A DNA stretch of 64,000 nt from Sulfolobales archaeon (GCA_038832865.1 JAWBJE010000003.1:30775-94774); one strand, 5' to 3'. Positions 1 through 9,895 are shown, counted from the first letter of the stretch. Made by a program: numbers and translations. Notes: generated by a model not told the origin, from the sequence alone.

Positions 1-1177
1 CCATTAGGAAACACAGGAGGCACATCAAAATTATTGTTGGAGGTCCAGGAGCGTGGCAGATCTCCGACGAGGACGCCAGGTCTCTTGGAATCGACACCGT
101 TATTCTTGGTGAGGGAGAGGAGGTCGTCGCAGAGGTCTTTAGGAGGGCTATTAGGGGAGAGAACCTGCCTGCTAGATTGTACACGAAGCCAGTTGAAGCC
201 CGATCTATACCTCGAATTATTAAGCCAGCAAGAAGTGGACACGTTGAGATAACTCGAGGTTGCGGTCGCGGGTGTCAATTCTGTACGCAGACTGCCAGAA
301 GATGGGTGAGCTTTCCATTAGATCACATTATCGAGGAGGTTAAAGTTAACGTTCGCGGCGGAATAAGCTCCGTGTGCTTTATATCCGATGACGGATTACG
401 CTACGGGTCAAAAGACCTCAACGTCGATTACGGCGCTGTCTTGAACCTATATAAATCGGTATTAGCGGTCGAGGGGGTAAGGTCGGTAAGCGTCACGCAC
501 ATTTCGTTTCCAAACGTAGTCCAAGCCCCAAACCTAATACGCTCTCTAAGTGAGATGTGTGGGTACAACGAGAAAAACCCCCTCTTCGGTCCACAGATAG
601 GCTTAGAGACGGGAAGTCCTAGACTAATTGAGAAGTACATGATCGGGAAGCCTAAGCCATTTACGCCTAGGGATTGGCCGAAGTGGTCGTTCAGGCCACT
701 CACATACTCAACGAAAATCATTGGTATCCATGTACTACTCTAATAATCGGGCTTCCGGGAGAGAGCGAAGACGACATCACGAAAACCCTAGAACTTGTGG
801 ATGATTTAAGGAGCTATAGGAATTGGCTCTTCCCCCTCTTTTTCTCAGCTATGAGTCCAAGTAGGTTGGAAAAGGAAGAAGCATTCACCATAAGCCGTAT
901 GACGAACTCCCACTGGGAGCTGATCTTCAGATGCTACGAACACGATATAAGGTACACAAAGGAGATCATCGATAAATTGATTATTCCCGAAGGCATATTT
1001 GATAGAAGGGTGGCTATAAGAGAGCTGTTGAAGATGAGCGTCCAAGTAGTGGAGAAATACTTCGACAGATTTAAAAAGAATCCAATAGAGGCTGTAAGTT
1101 ACATGAGTTCTCTAAATATGAGGTCTGTTTGGAATTTGCTGAAACTATTACCACTACTAATCAAGACTATTTGGTGA
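1..1177 (+). CDS. B12-binding-domain radical SAM protein, 5'-partial, split into two overlapping ORFs by a frameshift near 667-680
   Basis: Frame 3 is open from the window edge. EITRGCGRGCQFC carries the CxxxCxxC radical-SAM cluster motif. ORF 674..1177 continues the same domain (TLIIGLPGESEDDI) in the -1 frame. TAG at 666-668 closes that frame upstream. Confidence 0.7.
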
Positions 1178-1980
1178 GTGGCACCACCTCTCTAAGGTGT
1201 TTGGGACCCGTCCTTCGCCGGTGCAATATGTATAGCGCGCTCAACAAGAACTTGAGAGTGGACTTATTTCTAGCGCCCCAGCACGCTACACTAACCGCGT
1301 TCTCTACATAGACAAACGCGCACACCAAAGCCGCGATGCTCTCTTGGTCAGGCTACAGTAGACGCTACACCCGAAAAACTTATGCTCTTCACTAAAATGT
1401 GTATCGAGCTACGCCATACTCTTCATTGGGTAAGACCGTGCGCCGTATACTACCTACTCCCCAGCTCATAAAGCTTTGAGCACAGCTTGTCCTCGCGCAG
1501 GTGCGCATTATTTTGCGGGTTAAGGGTGTAGGAATATAGTACGCAGCGTTTGATCTCAGCTCGCGGGACTCGAGTCTCGTTTCAGTTTTCAGCTGTGACG
1601 GTTTTACATAATGTACGGTCTGCTTTGATTAATTTGATCGAGAGAATGCTTATACTAAGTCTGCGTATGTAGTTGAGCGAGAACAGACTTGTCCCAGGTT
1701 TTGGTTAAAGGCAGTTAATAGAAGCTATTTCTGTATCGAAAAGCAAAAGCGAACACACCACTTCTAAAACGCTCTCAACAACAAACTTAAAAGCAATGCA
1801 GTAGCCCCCTTGGACCACCTCTCCTGATCCTCAGCTATCTTCAGAGAAAGCAGATAGATAGGATAAAATCGTGGATTGTCCTCTCCATAACAGTCTCAGC
1901 CTAGTCCCTGTCGACACGGAGCACGCACCATCAAGAGGAATAAATGCGGAATTGGGGGCAATACAATTCTATCGGTATAT

Positions 1981-2068
1981 TGGTGCGGGGGGTGGGATTT
2001 GAACCCACGCAGGCCTACGCCATCGGGGCCTAAGCCCGACCCCTTTGACCTGGCTCGGGCACCCCCGC
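1981..2068 (-). tRNA. tRNA-Leu (anticodon UAG), class II with long variable arm, CCA encoded
   Basis: Reverse complement reads GCGGGGGTGCCCGAGCCAGGTCAAAGGGGTCGGGCTTAGGCCCCGATGGCGTAGGCCTGCGTGGGTTCAAATCCCACCCCCCGCACCA. Anticodon stem is TCGGG/CCCGA and the loop is CTTAGGC. T-arm is GTGGG-TTCAAAT-CCCAC. Confidence 0.9.
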
Positions 2069-2174
2069 CACAGAAACCTACAGTAAAAACGTAATAAGCT
2101 TTAGCTCATGCAGTTCCCGACAGCCTAGCTGCTTAGGCTTAGTTATGTCTATATTCGTGCGTACGCTGTAGTCT

Positions 2175-3083
2175 TTGGTATATGACGTGATGAGAAGCGA
2201 GTGGAGTAGGGTAATTAGGGAATCGTTAAATTTGGATCGCGAGAAGGAGGTGGTCCTGGACTTAGTGAGGAAAGTTCTTGATGGAAAGAGGCATGCCATA
2301 GTTAGCTCCGTGGGACTCTTTAGGAGTGTGGGTAGATACTTTACCCAGTTAGTGAACTCCTTGACTAGCGTGAGCGCTTTCTACGTAGAGCCTTATGAGT
2401 TGACGTATTATATAGCACCGTACGACGAGGGCAGAGAGCTTGATATACTGATAGTGTCTACTCCCGACGGTGCTAACGACCTCTACGTACTGCTCGACCA
2501 GCTGACTCTTACAGGGCATAGAGTAGCACTCATATCCGAGCCTCTACCTGAGGCTCTTAAGCAGAGGTTCTCTTGGGTCGAAAGAGCCGAGATTTCCTGG
2601 GGGAGCATGGGCTTGCTTAAGCTACTTAGTCTACTTGCCTACACAGCGTCTAGCTTGGGTAAGCGGGAGCTACAGGTTAGAACTAAGAGGATTAAGGAAG
2701 AGTGCTTAACTCTCGCTGAAGTGGCTGACGACTTAGTCGAGAGGTACGATAGGGAGCTAAAGGCGGTTAGAGAAGCTCTCTCAGAACCCTACTTAATCAC
2801 TTACACACCGACTCTTGAGCCCGCCGCAGAACTGGCTTCACTAGTACTTAGTAGGAGCGTTGCCGTAGCCGTTGGAGTTCCCACATCCCATCTCTACGTT
2901 GGTAAGGTCTCCAGCAAGGTACTCGCTTTCACGACTGACGTTGAGGTGTACACAGTTAGGTACTACTTCAACAAGATAGTGGAGAAGGGTGGTACTATAA
3001 GTGAGGTTAGACTGAGGACGGACCCCCTCACGGCACCTTTATACGCACTGCTACTCCTCTACTACGCAGCAGCAGGGAATTAG
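2175..3083 (+). CDS. conserved hypothetical protein, possibly a two-domain SIS (sugar isomerase)-like fold
   Basis: 302-codon ORF with no competing ORF, followed 1 nt later by the next gene. Only a weak by-eye resemblance to SIS-type proteins. Start is uncertain (TTG 2175 or ATG 2190). Confidence 0.45.
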   Translation: MVYDVMRSEWSRVIRESLNLDREKEVVLDLVRKVLDGKRHAIVSSVGLFRSVGRYFTQLVNSLTSVSAFYVEPYELTYYIAPYDEGRELDILIVSTPDGANDLYVLLDQLTLTGHRVALISEPLPEALKQRFSWVERAEISWGSMGLLKLLSLLAYTASSLGKRELQVRTKRIKEECLTLAEVADDLVERYDRELKAVREALSEPYLITYTPTLEPAAELASLVLSRSVAVAVGVPTSHLYVGKVSSKVLAFTTDVEVYTVRYYFNKIVEKGGTISEVRLRTDPLTAPLYALLLLYYAAAGN

Positions 3084-3084
3084 G

Positions 3085-3792
3085 ATGAACCTAGCTCTTC
3101 TGACCGGTTCAACAGGTGTTTTGGGGAGAAAGCTCGTTCCCTATTTAGCAAAGAGCTATAAGCTAGTGCTTCACTACAGAAGCTCTGAGGAAGTTTTCAA
3201 CACACTCCTAGGTGACCCATCAGTTAGAAGTTCATTAATTAAAGCAATAAAGTGGGACTTCGGTAAGGAGAGCCTCAGCGGATTTGTAAATGAAGTCGTT
3301 AGAGTGGGTATACCTAGCTTAGTAATCCTTTCGGCATCACAATACGATTCAACTCCTCTGAGTAGGGTAACTGAGGAACTGTTTGACTACTTAGTAAGAG
3401 TAAACCTAGTAGCACCTACCTACATAGCTCTAAAGTTAGGCATGATCATGGAGAGAGGTCTAATAGTTTTTCTAACAGACATGATAACAACGTCCGGCCA
3501 CGAAGTGTACGCTGGTATAAAGCCTTCACTACCTTACGTAGCGTCTAGAGGTAGCTTCTATCATATTGTCAGGTACTTGTCTAAGGAGTTAGCACCTAGA
3601 GTGAGGGTAGTTGGAATCGCTGTTGGCTGGGTAGACAACCCTAAAGCCAGTAGGGAGCTGAAAGATTTGGCCATCAGGACCATACCAACCAAGACCTTCG
3701 TAGACCCTGAAGAAGTCTATCGCCTCATAGAGCTAGCAAAAGACTCTCCGAGTCTCAACGGAGTGTTCCTAACACTAAGCGGGGGAATATAG
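3085..3792 (+). CDS. short-chain dehydrogenase/reductase (SDR) family protein
   Basis: N-terminal Rossmann motif LLTGSTGVLGRKL (TGxxGxxG). Length of about 235 aa. A Y-x-x-S/K-like segment PYVASRGSF sits at the expected position. Confidence 0.65.
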   Translation: MNLALLTGSTGVLGRKLVPYLAKSYKLVLHYRSSEEVFNTLLGDPSVRSSLIKAIKWDFGKESLSGFVNEVVRVGIPSLVILSASQYDSTPLSRVTEELFDYLVRVNLVAPTYIALKLGMIMERGLIVFLTDMITTSGHEVYAGIKPSLPYVASRGSFYHIVRYLSKELAPRVRVVGIAVGWVDNPKASRELKDLAIRTIPTKTFVDPEEVYRLIELAKDSPSLNGVFLTLSGGI

Positions 3793-3976
3793 AATGATGC
3801 TCAGCCGCGGGTTCTGATATCACCATTCATCCCTTGTAAGACTCATCACGTTGCTAACCACTCTCCTAGTCTATACCCAGTTACGCGAGACTTTATAACC
3901 TAATGTAGCCTCTTGCTCAAGGACCTGCGGTATTAAGGTTATTTCAGTTAGTAAAACAGTATATGGGATTAGGATA

Positions 3977-5197
3977 GTGGAAGACGTAGTTGCCGAAGTG
4001 ATAAAGAAGGCCTTGAGTGAGAGCCGCATCTTTAGGAATAGAGAAGCTCTCGCAAGCGATTACGTGCCAGATAAGCTTCCACATAGAGAGGAGTACATTA
4101 GAAGGATCGCCGAGCTGCTGTCACCCGCTTTAAGAGGTGAGAAGCCTAGCAACATACTCATATACGGCCTCACCGGGACTGGTAAGACCGCTGTCGTAAG
4201 GTACGTTATGAAGCGCTTCGAAGAGCATGCTGAGAAAGTAGGTATTGATGTGTTTAAGTTCTCATACGTAAACTGCCGCAACGAGGACACGAACTACAGG
4301 GTTCTATTTAAGGTAGGGTCAGACCTAGGCGTTAAGATCCCGTTTACGGGTCTGTCTGTAGCCGAGCTCCACAATAGGCTCCGCGAGTATATCGACTCTA
4401 GAAAGCTCTCCGTAACCATAGTTCTTGACGAGATAGACTTTTTGGTAAAGAAGGTTGGTGACGACCTTCTGTACAGACTAACTAGGATCAATGACGAACT
4501 CACGCGGAGTAAGGTCAGTATAGTGGGTATAACCAACGACGTCAAGTTCGTGGAATCTCTCGACCCCCGCGTTAGGTCAAGCCTAGGGGAAGTTGAGGTG
4601 ATTTTCCCGCCTTACGACGCACTTCAGCTCGCGGACATACTCAGGGAAAGAGCCGCACTAGCATTTAAGGAGGGGGTACTCGAGGAGGGCGTTATAGAGT
4701 ACTGCGCGTCTGCGGCAGCTAGAGAGCACGGAGATGCTAGGAGGGCTCTAGACCTCCTGAGGTTTGCTGGAGAAATTGCGGAGCGCGAGGGGGCCTCAAG
4801 GGTGAGTGTGTTACATGCTAAAAAAGCTCGTGAAGAGCTAGAGGTAAACGCTGCTATGGAAATCATTCGGACTCTACCTTACCACAGCAAGCTACTACTC
4901 CTATCTTTAGCTATCATGAGGGGATTTGCGGAAAGCACCGGTAGCCTTTACCTTACTTACCGAAGAATATGCGAGACCCTCGGGGTAGAACCCCTTACCC
5001 AGAGGAGAGTTAGCGACCTAATCAACGAACTCGACATGCTCGGGGTCCTAACGTCTAGAGTTGTCAATAGGGGTCGCTACGGTAAGACTAAGGAAGTAAG
5101 CTTGGGATTAGATCCTGCCACATTACTAAAAGTGCTTAGCTCGGACTCTAGGATCGGTGAATATGTTAAGTCGATTAAGGTTAGTGGGGATAGATGA
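3977..5197 (+). CDS. cdc6: Orc1/Cdc6 replication initiator
   Basis: AAA+ Walker A GLTGTGKT and Walker B IVLDEID. N-terminal LxxDYVPDKLPHREEYI signature. C-terminal winged helix (RRVSDLINELDMLGVL). Confidence 0.9.
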   Translation: MEDVVAEVIKKALSESRIFRNREALASDYVPDKLPHREEYIRRIAELLSPALRGEKPSNILIYGLTGTGKTAVVRYVMKRFEEHAEKVGIDVFKFSYVNCRNEDTNYRVLFKVGSDLGVKIPFTGLSVAELHNRLREYIDSRKLSVTIVLDEIDFLVKKVGDDLLYRLTRINDELTRSKVSIVGITNDVKFVESLDPRVRSSLGEVEVIFPPYDALQLADILRERAALAFKEGVLEEGVIEYCASAAAREHGDARRALDLLRFAGEIAEREGASRVSVLHAKKAREELEVNAAMEIIRTLPYHSKLLLLSLAIMRGFAESTGSLYLTYRRICETLGVEPLTQRRVSDLINELDMLGVLTSRVVNRGRYGKTKEVSLGLDPATLLKVLSSDSRIGEYVKSIKVSGDR

Positions 5198-5771
5198 CGG
5201 GTTCTTCCCTCCTGAGTACAAGGAGCTAAGGCTAAAGACCGTCCTAGTAGGAACTCTCTATAGGGGTAGGAGGCCGATAGATATAAAGTTGAGAACCGTG
5301 ACCGTGGACGGTACTGATGGTACCGAGAGAGCTATTGAGATACTCAAGAGCCTAGGTGAGTCTGATGTTGTTTTCCTAGATGGTGTAACCGTAGCTGGGT
5401 TCAATGTTGTAGACCCTGAAGTCCTCCTAGATCTCAGTAAGTCGGTAGTGGTTATCTATAAGTTCGAACCCAACATGGAAAGAATAGAAAGAGCCCTCAA
5501 ACTCCACTTCAGCGACTGGAGGTTCAGGTACGATATAATACTCAAAGCATACTCGAGGTCTGGCTTCGTGAGAACTAAGTGGAAAACTATGAGAGTAGCT
5601 GTCTTCGGGAGTAGTAATGTGGAAGTCGGAAACTTGATCTCGTATACTCAACTCGTTTCGTCGATTCCAGAACCTCTTAGAGCGTCGGACATTATAGCTT
5701 CAGCCATATCTAGAAACCCGGCTCTGCTGAGCAGAATATCTACTGAGCAACTAACTTCCTCTCCGCCTTAG
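5157..5771 (+). CDS. DUF99/UPF0215 family protein (EndoV-like fold)
   Basis: LVGIDDGFF N-terminal motif and about 200 aa length are typical of archaeal UPF0215. Overlaps the cdc6 3' end by 41 nt. Confidence 0.6.
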   Translation: MNMLSRLRLVGIDDGFFPPEYKELRLKTVLVGTLYRGRRPIDIKLRTVTVDGTDGTERAIEILKSLGESDVVFLDGVTVAGFNVVDPEVLLDLSKSVVVIYKFEPNMERIERALKLHFSDWRFRYDIILKAYSRSGFVRTKWKTMRVAVFGSSNVEVGNLISYTQLVSSIPEPLRASDIIASAISRNPALLSRISTEQLTSSPP

Positions 5772-5947
5772 GGGCGGTTGATCATTTCCCACATCTCTCC
5801 GTATTTATACCCTTATCATTAGAGTAGCTAAGATGACAGCAGGCCTCCACTCTGGTGTCACACTAAGGCAGAACGTCTGCGTAGCCTTCGGTACCCTCAC
5901 AGCACGCGGGTCGGATTTCATAATGTAAAGAGCTTCGGGTAGTCCAT

Positions 5948-6538
5948 CTACAAAATTTCCTCTGTAGAGAACTCCTCAGTAACTTCTCTTAGCGCACCTA
6001 TCTCATCTAATTTCTTGTAGATGTTCTGAACAGCTAAAACAACTTCTTCCTCACTTTTAGCACCAGTAATGACCATCTTGCCGCTGCTGAATATCAGAAG
6101 AACCACCCGCGGGTTGTTCATCTTGTGTATCAACCCCGGAAACTGCTCCGGTTCATACATCACGTTATCTAGATATTCTGCAGCTATCTCCAAGTTAACC
6201 TCGGTGTTTAAGTTAGCTGAAGCAACAACGTTCTGAATCTGTATTCTCGGCTTCCCGGTTATGAGAATTCCATGTTTGTAGAATAGCCTGAGTATTCTCT
6301 TAAATCCCTTAATGAGCATCTCGGTTTTTTTAGCGCCTGTAATGACCATCTTGCCGGTCCCAAAGACTAGAGCGGTAAGCTTAGGGTTATCAAGCCTTAG
6401 AACTAACCCCGGAAATTCCTCCGGGTCGTACTCGACGTTGGGTATAGACCTAGCTATAGCCCCCAAGTCGAGTCCTTGCTCTAGCGTGACCGTAGCAACG
6501 ATATTCTCGATTTTAATTAAAGGAGTAACCCTACTCAT
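5948..6538 (-). CDS. tbp: TATA-box binding protein
   Basis: Two direct TBP repeats ([16 protein letters not shown]... and [16 protein letters not shown]..., each followed by GKMVITGAK). Acidic C-terminal tail. Confidence 0.92.
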   Translation of the reverse strand: MSRVTPLIKIENIVATVTLEQGLDLGAIARSIPNVEYDPEEFPGLVLRLDNPKLTALVFGTGKMVITGAKKTEMLIKGFKRILRLFYKHGILITGKPRIQIQNVVASANLNTEVNLEIAAEYLDNVMYEPEQFPGLIHKMNNPRVVLLIFSSGKMVITGAKSEEEVVLAVQNIYKKLDEIGALREVTEEFSTEEIL

Positions 6539-6555
6539 ACTACACCCTATGTAGG

Positions 6556-6586
6556 AGATTAATAAGGCTTATAAGGCTTATAAACC
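6556..6586 (-). promoter_or_regulatory. TATA-like promoter region of tbp, with a tandemly repeated AAGGCTTAT unit
   Basis: On the minus strand, TTTATAAGCCTTATAAGCCTTATTAA lies 20-50 nt upstream of the ATG at 6538. The proximal TTATTAA is about 25 nt from the start. Confidence 0.4.
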
Positions 6587-6683
6587 CGACCCCCTCCCAG
6601 GTTATCCATAACGCTATCGGGGACTCAATGAAGCCTGCGGCTGACTGTTCCTATTCTCATTATCCTCGTTATAAGCTATCTAA

Positions 6684-7466
6684 ATGAGACTTGTTGGAGT
6701 GAGAGAGCTGGAGCTGGTGCCCGGGCTAGAGATAGTGGGTGAGCTTCCGGTAGCCTATTCTACGAAATATAAGACACTTATTCTTGCTGATGTTCATATA
6801 GGGTTCGAGGAGGAGATATTATCGAGAGGAGGGTTCATACCCCGCTTTCAGCTTAAGAACACCATCAGAATACTGGAAGAAGCCTTCTCTAGAGTTAACG
6901 TCGAGAGAATAGTATTCGCTGGGGACTTAAAGCACTTATTCGATACTCTTGGCAAACTGGAGAGAGTAGAACTAATGGAGTTACTAACTTACGTCAAGAA
7001 GCATGTGGATAGCGTGGTTGTAGTTCGCGGGAACCACGACAACTTCTTGCCCGCGATGAGGAGGTGGATAGAGTTCGATATAGTGGACAGCTACCATATG
7101 CCACCTTACCTGGTAGTACACGGACACAAACCTCTCAAAGGGGAGGTACTCCATCACCAGTGGGAGTACTTAATCATAGGGCACGAACACCCTAGCATAG
7201 CACTGAGAGATCCTATCGGCATCATCGGAAAATTCTCGTGTTTTCTCGTCGGAATAATGCCGACCATTAAGAAGAAAATAGTCACACTACCAGCTGTTGG
7301 AGCATACCAGACGGGGTCTAAAGTAACTTTAATGCGTGAGACCTACCTCTCGCCAATAATCAGGGAACATGTGGACATTGAGACCATCAAACCTGTAGTC
7401 GTCGGTGCCGATATCGGGGTCGTCGAGTTTCCAACGCTTAAAGAGCTTTACGACATAATAGTGTAG
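6684..7466 (+). CDS. calcineurin-like metallophosphoesterase
   Basis: Motifs ADVHIGFE, GDLKH, RGNHD and HGH/GHEH appear in canonical order. Confidence 0.75.
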   Translation: MRLVGVRELELVPGLEIVGELPVAYSTKYKTLILADVHIGFEEEILSRGGFIPRFQLKNTIRILEEAFSRVNVERIVFAGDLKHLFDTLGKLERVELMELLTYVKKHVDSVVVVRGNHDNFLPAMRRWIEFDIVDSYHMPPYLVVHGHKPLKGEVLHHQWEYLIIGHEHPSIALRDPIGIIGKFSCFLVGIMPTIKKKIVTLPAVGAYQTGSKVTLMRETYLSPIIREHVDIETIKPVVVGADIGVVEFPTLKELYDIIV

Positions 7467-7734
7467 AAACTATCTCCACTAACCTATTATGCTCCCAAAG
7501 GTGGGGCTATCAATCGCGGCTCATGTCGCTAAGCGGTATAAACTGAAGCGATTAACGGGGTCGCGTGAATCGAAGCCCTTCCTGCTTGGCACGCAGTTCG
7601 ATTCGCACTTACTTAAGGCAAGACTGCCGATAGCCGGGAAACAACAGCGTTAAACGACTAGCGCGGTTCAGAGTGAACTAGAGTCTTCACCTCTCTAAGG
7701 CTGCCCACTTCATCATCCATGTTGTAGTTGGTTT

Positions 7735-7780
7735 AATACTATAAAAATATTTTATTTTTATACCGTTTTACTAATTTAGT
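7735..7780 (+). promoter_or_regulatory. AT-rich promoter region with TATA-like boxes upstream of the ABC ATPase pair
   Basis: ACTATAAAAATATTTTATTTTTATACCGTTTTACTAATTTA lies 25-65 nt upstream of the ATG at 7802, within an otherwise GC-balanced spacer. Confidence 0.4.
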
Positions 7781-7801
7781 GTGAATAAAGCGGTGTCGTG
7801 A

Positions 7802-8764
7802 ATGCCGCCTGCTTTACTTAGCATAAGCGATGTGAGGATATACTATTATACGCTCACCGGGATAGTCAGAGCAGTTGATGGTGTCAGCTTCCAGCTAGAA
7901 GAGGGAGAGGTTCTTGGAATCGCTGGAGAGTCAGGTTGCGGGAAGTCTACGTTGGGCTACGGTCTTCTGGGTCTAGTCCCGCCTCCGGGTAGGATCGTGC
8001 GTGGATCTATCGTTTTAGACGGTGTTGACATAGTTAAGCTTAAGCCAGCTGAATTAAGAAAGGTGAGGTGGGCTAAGGTCAGCATGGTCTTCCAGGGAGC
8101 GATGAACGCTTTAAACCCCGTGTATACGGTAGGTCACCAGCTCGCCGAGCCGCTAGTAATCCATAAAGGCTTAAGCGTTAAGGAGTCTCTAGAAATAGCT
8201 GCCGAGATGCTCAAAAGGGTGGGTCTGAGTCCGGAAGTTCTCAAGAGATATCCTCACGAGTTAAGTGGGGGCATGAAGCAGAGAGTTATGATAGCTATGG
8301 CCTTGCTTCTAAAGCCTAGGTTGATCATAGCTGACGAACCTACTACGGCACTCGACGTCGTAATTCAGGCGCAGATAATGAATCTGTTTAAAGAGATCAG
8401 GCAGGTAGAGAGAAACGCTATGATTTTTATAACCCACGATCTCAGCTTGATTGCCGAGATAGCTGATAAGACGGGCATTATGTACGCAGGAAAAATGGTT
8501 GAGCTTGGAACCTCTGAGGCCGTCTTTGGCTATCCTCTCCACCCGTATACTCAGGGGCTTCTCAGGAGCATTCCAAGACTGAGGGGGAAGGAAAAGATCA
8601 CTTGGATACCGGGAGTTCCCCCAGACCTAAGAATGCCTCCTCCGGGGTGTAGGTTCCACCCGAGGTGTCCGTACGCAATGGACATCTGCAGGTCTGAAGA
8701 GCCTCCAGAGATAGAAGTAGAGAAAGGGCATGTAGTTTCTTGCTGGCTCTACGCGAAGAGGTGA
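7802..8764 (+). CDS. ABC transporter ATP-binding protein, oligopeptide/dipeptide (OppD/DppD) type
   Basis: Walker A GESGCGKST, signature LSGGMKQR and Walker B LIIADEPTTALD. C-terminal Opp-type Cys motif PPGCRFHPRCPYAMDIC. Confidence 0.85.
   Translation: MPPALLSISDVRIYYYTLTGIVRAVDGVSFQLEEGEVLGIAGESGCGKSTLGYGLLGLVPPPGRIVRGSIVLDGVDIVKLKPAELRKVRWAKVSMVFQGAMNALNPVYTVGHQLAEPLVIHKGLSVKESLEIAAEMLKRVGLSPEVLKRYPHELSGGMKQRVMIAMALLLKPRLIIADEPTTALDVVIQAQIMNLFKEIRQVERNAMIFITHDLSLIAEIADKTGIMYAGKMVELGTSEAVFGYPLHPYTQGLLRSIPRLRGKEKITWIPGVPPDLRMPPPGCRFHPRCPYAMDICRSEEPPEIEVEKGHVVSCWLYAKR
8636..8761 (+). repeat. copy 1 of a near-identical ~125-nt segment shared by the two ABC ATPase genes
   Basis: 89 identical nt, then 3 mismatches within 5 nt, then 30 identical nt when compared with 9701-9826. 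Confidence 0.9.
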
Positions 8765-8770
8765 TAAGTC

Positions 8771-9826
8771 GTGAGCCCCAAGCTTATAGTAGAGAAAGCC
8801 TATAAGTACTTCCCGTTGAGAAGGTCTCTAGTCGAGATACTAACGTTTAAGAAGCCTAGATACGTTAGAGCTGTAGATGGAATAAGCTTCACCGTTGACG
8901 AAGGCGAGGTATACTGCCTGGCTGGCGAGTCCGGCTGCGGAAAGACGACTACCGGCAGACTTATAGTTAGGCTGATAGACTTCACCGGAGGTAGAGCTCT
9001 CTACATGCCGAGGAAGGAGCTACTCTCTGAGATACCCTCGGAATTCTTAATTGACGGCAAGTACGTGGACTTAACGGAGAAGTTACCGAGGTACATAGAT
9101 AAGCTACTGAGAAGGGACATCCAGATAATATTCCAGGACCCCTACGGGTCCCTTAACCCCAGGATGAGGGTTTACGACATCTTAAAGGAGCCTTTGGACA
9201 TACATGGGATAGGGTCTACGGAGGACGAGCGAAGAGAACTGGTCTTTAAGGCCTTAGAAGAAGTAAAGATGACGCCGCCAGAGGAGTTCGCCGAGAGATA
9301 CCCCCACATGTTATCCGGCGGTCAGAGGCAGAGGGTAGCCATAGCGAGAGCTTTAATACTCAACCCGTCTTTAGTGGTAGCCGACGAGCCTGTGAGCATG
9401 CTGGATGTTTCCATAAGAGCCGAAATATTACAGCTAATGATGGACTTAAAGGCCACGAGAAACCTTACTTACATATTCATTACTCACGACCTCGCGGTTG
9501 CCGCTTACATCTGCGACAGGTTAGCCATAATGTACTTGGGTACCATAGTCGAGAAAGGCTCTATATCTAGCATAGTTGACGATCCGCTCCACCCGTACTC
9601 TAAGGCGTTGATAGCTGCTGTCCCGGAGCCCGACCCTAGAAATAGGTTCAAAATTAGGGAGGTTCCAATAAAGGGAGAAATACCTAGTGCCGCCAACATA
9701 CCTCCGGGGTGTAGGTTCCACCCGAGGTGTCCGTACGCAATGGACATCTGCAGGTCTGAAGAGCCTCCAGAGATAGAAGTAGAGAAAGGACGCGTAGTTT
9801 CTTGCTGGCTCTACGCGAAGAGGTAG
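8771..9826 (+). CDS. ABC transporter ATP-binding protein, oligopeptide/dipeptide (OppF/DppF) type
   Basis: Walker A GESGCGKTT, signature LSGGQRQR and Walker B LVVADEPVSMLD. Same C-terminal Cys motif as the upstream gene. Confidence 0.85.
   Translation: MSPKLIVEKAYKYFPLRRSLVEILTFKKPRYVRAVDGISFTVDEGEVYCLAGESGCGKTTTGRLIVRLIDFTGGRALYMPRKELLSEIPSEFLIDGKYVDLTEKLPRYIDKLLRRDIQIIFQDPYGSLNPRMRVYDILKEPLDIHGIGSTEDERRELVFKALEEVKMTPPEEFAERYPHMLSGGQRQRVAIARALILNPSLVVADEPVSMLDVSIRAEILQLMMDLKATRNLTYIFITHDLAVAAYICDRLAIMYLGTIVEKGSISSIVDDPLHPYSKALIAAVPEPDPRNRFKIREVPIKGEIPSAANIPPGCRFHPRCPYAMDICRSEEPPEIEVEKGRVVSCWLYAKR
9701..9826 (+). repeat. copy 2 of the near-identical ~125-nt segment
   Basis: Direct alignment to 8636-8761. 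Encodes PPGCRFHPRCPYAMDICRSEEPPEIEVEKG(H/R)VVSCWLYAKR in both genes. Confidence 0.9.
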
Positions 9827-9895
9827 TTCGTACAGTTTATATAAGGACCTTTTAGTCAACTTATTAAAACTTATATACCGTGGTCTAACACATTT

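Noticed and set aside
1185-1197. Exact 13-nt repeat CACCTCTCTAAGG, found at 1185-1197 and 7688-7700, both in intergenic DNA.
   Set aside because: Dozens of 13-mer coincidences are expected in a 64-kb self-comparison, and no extended similarity surrounds the two copies.
3787-3811. C/D-box sRNA-like ATGATGC ... CTGA spacing in the spacer upstream of cdc6, with a similar GTGATGA at 49848.
   Set aside because: No matching C'/D boxes or terminal stem at the right distance. The second site lies inside the Sm coding sequence.
3793-3976. Possible replication origin next to orc1/cdc6, also checked at 5772-5947 and 1178-1980.
   Set aside because: I found no repeated ORB or mini-ORB-like elements (TCCA..GGAAA type) and no flanked AT-rich unwinding element. 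There is only a single weak TGTGGGAAA match near 5790.
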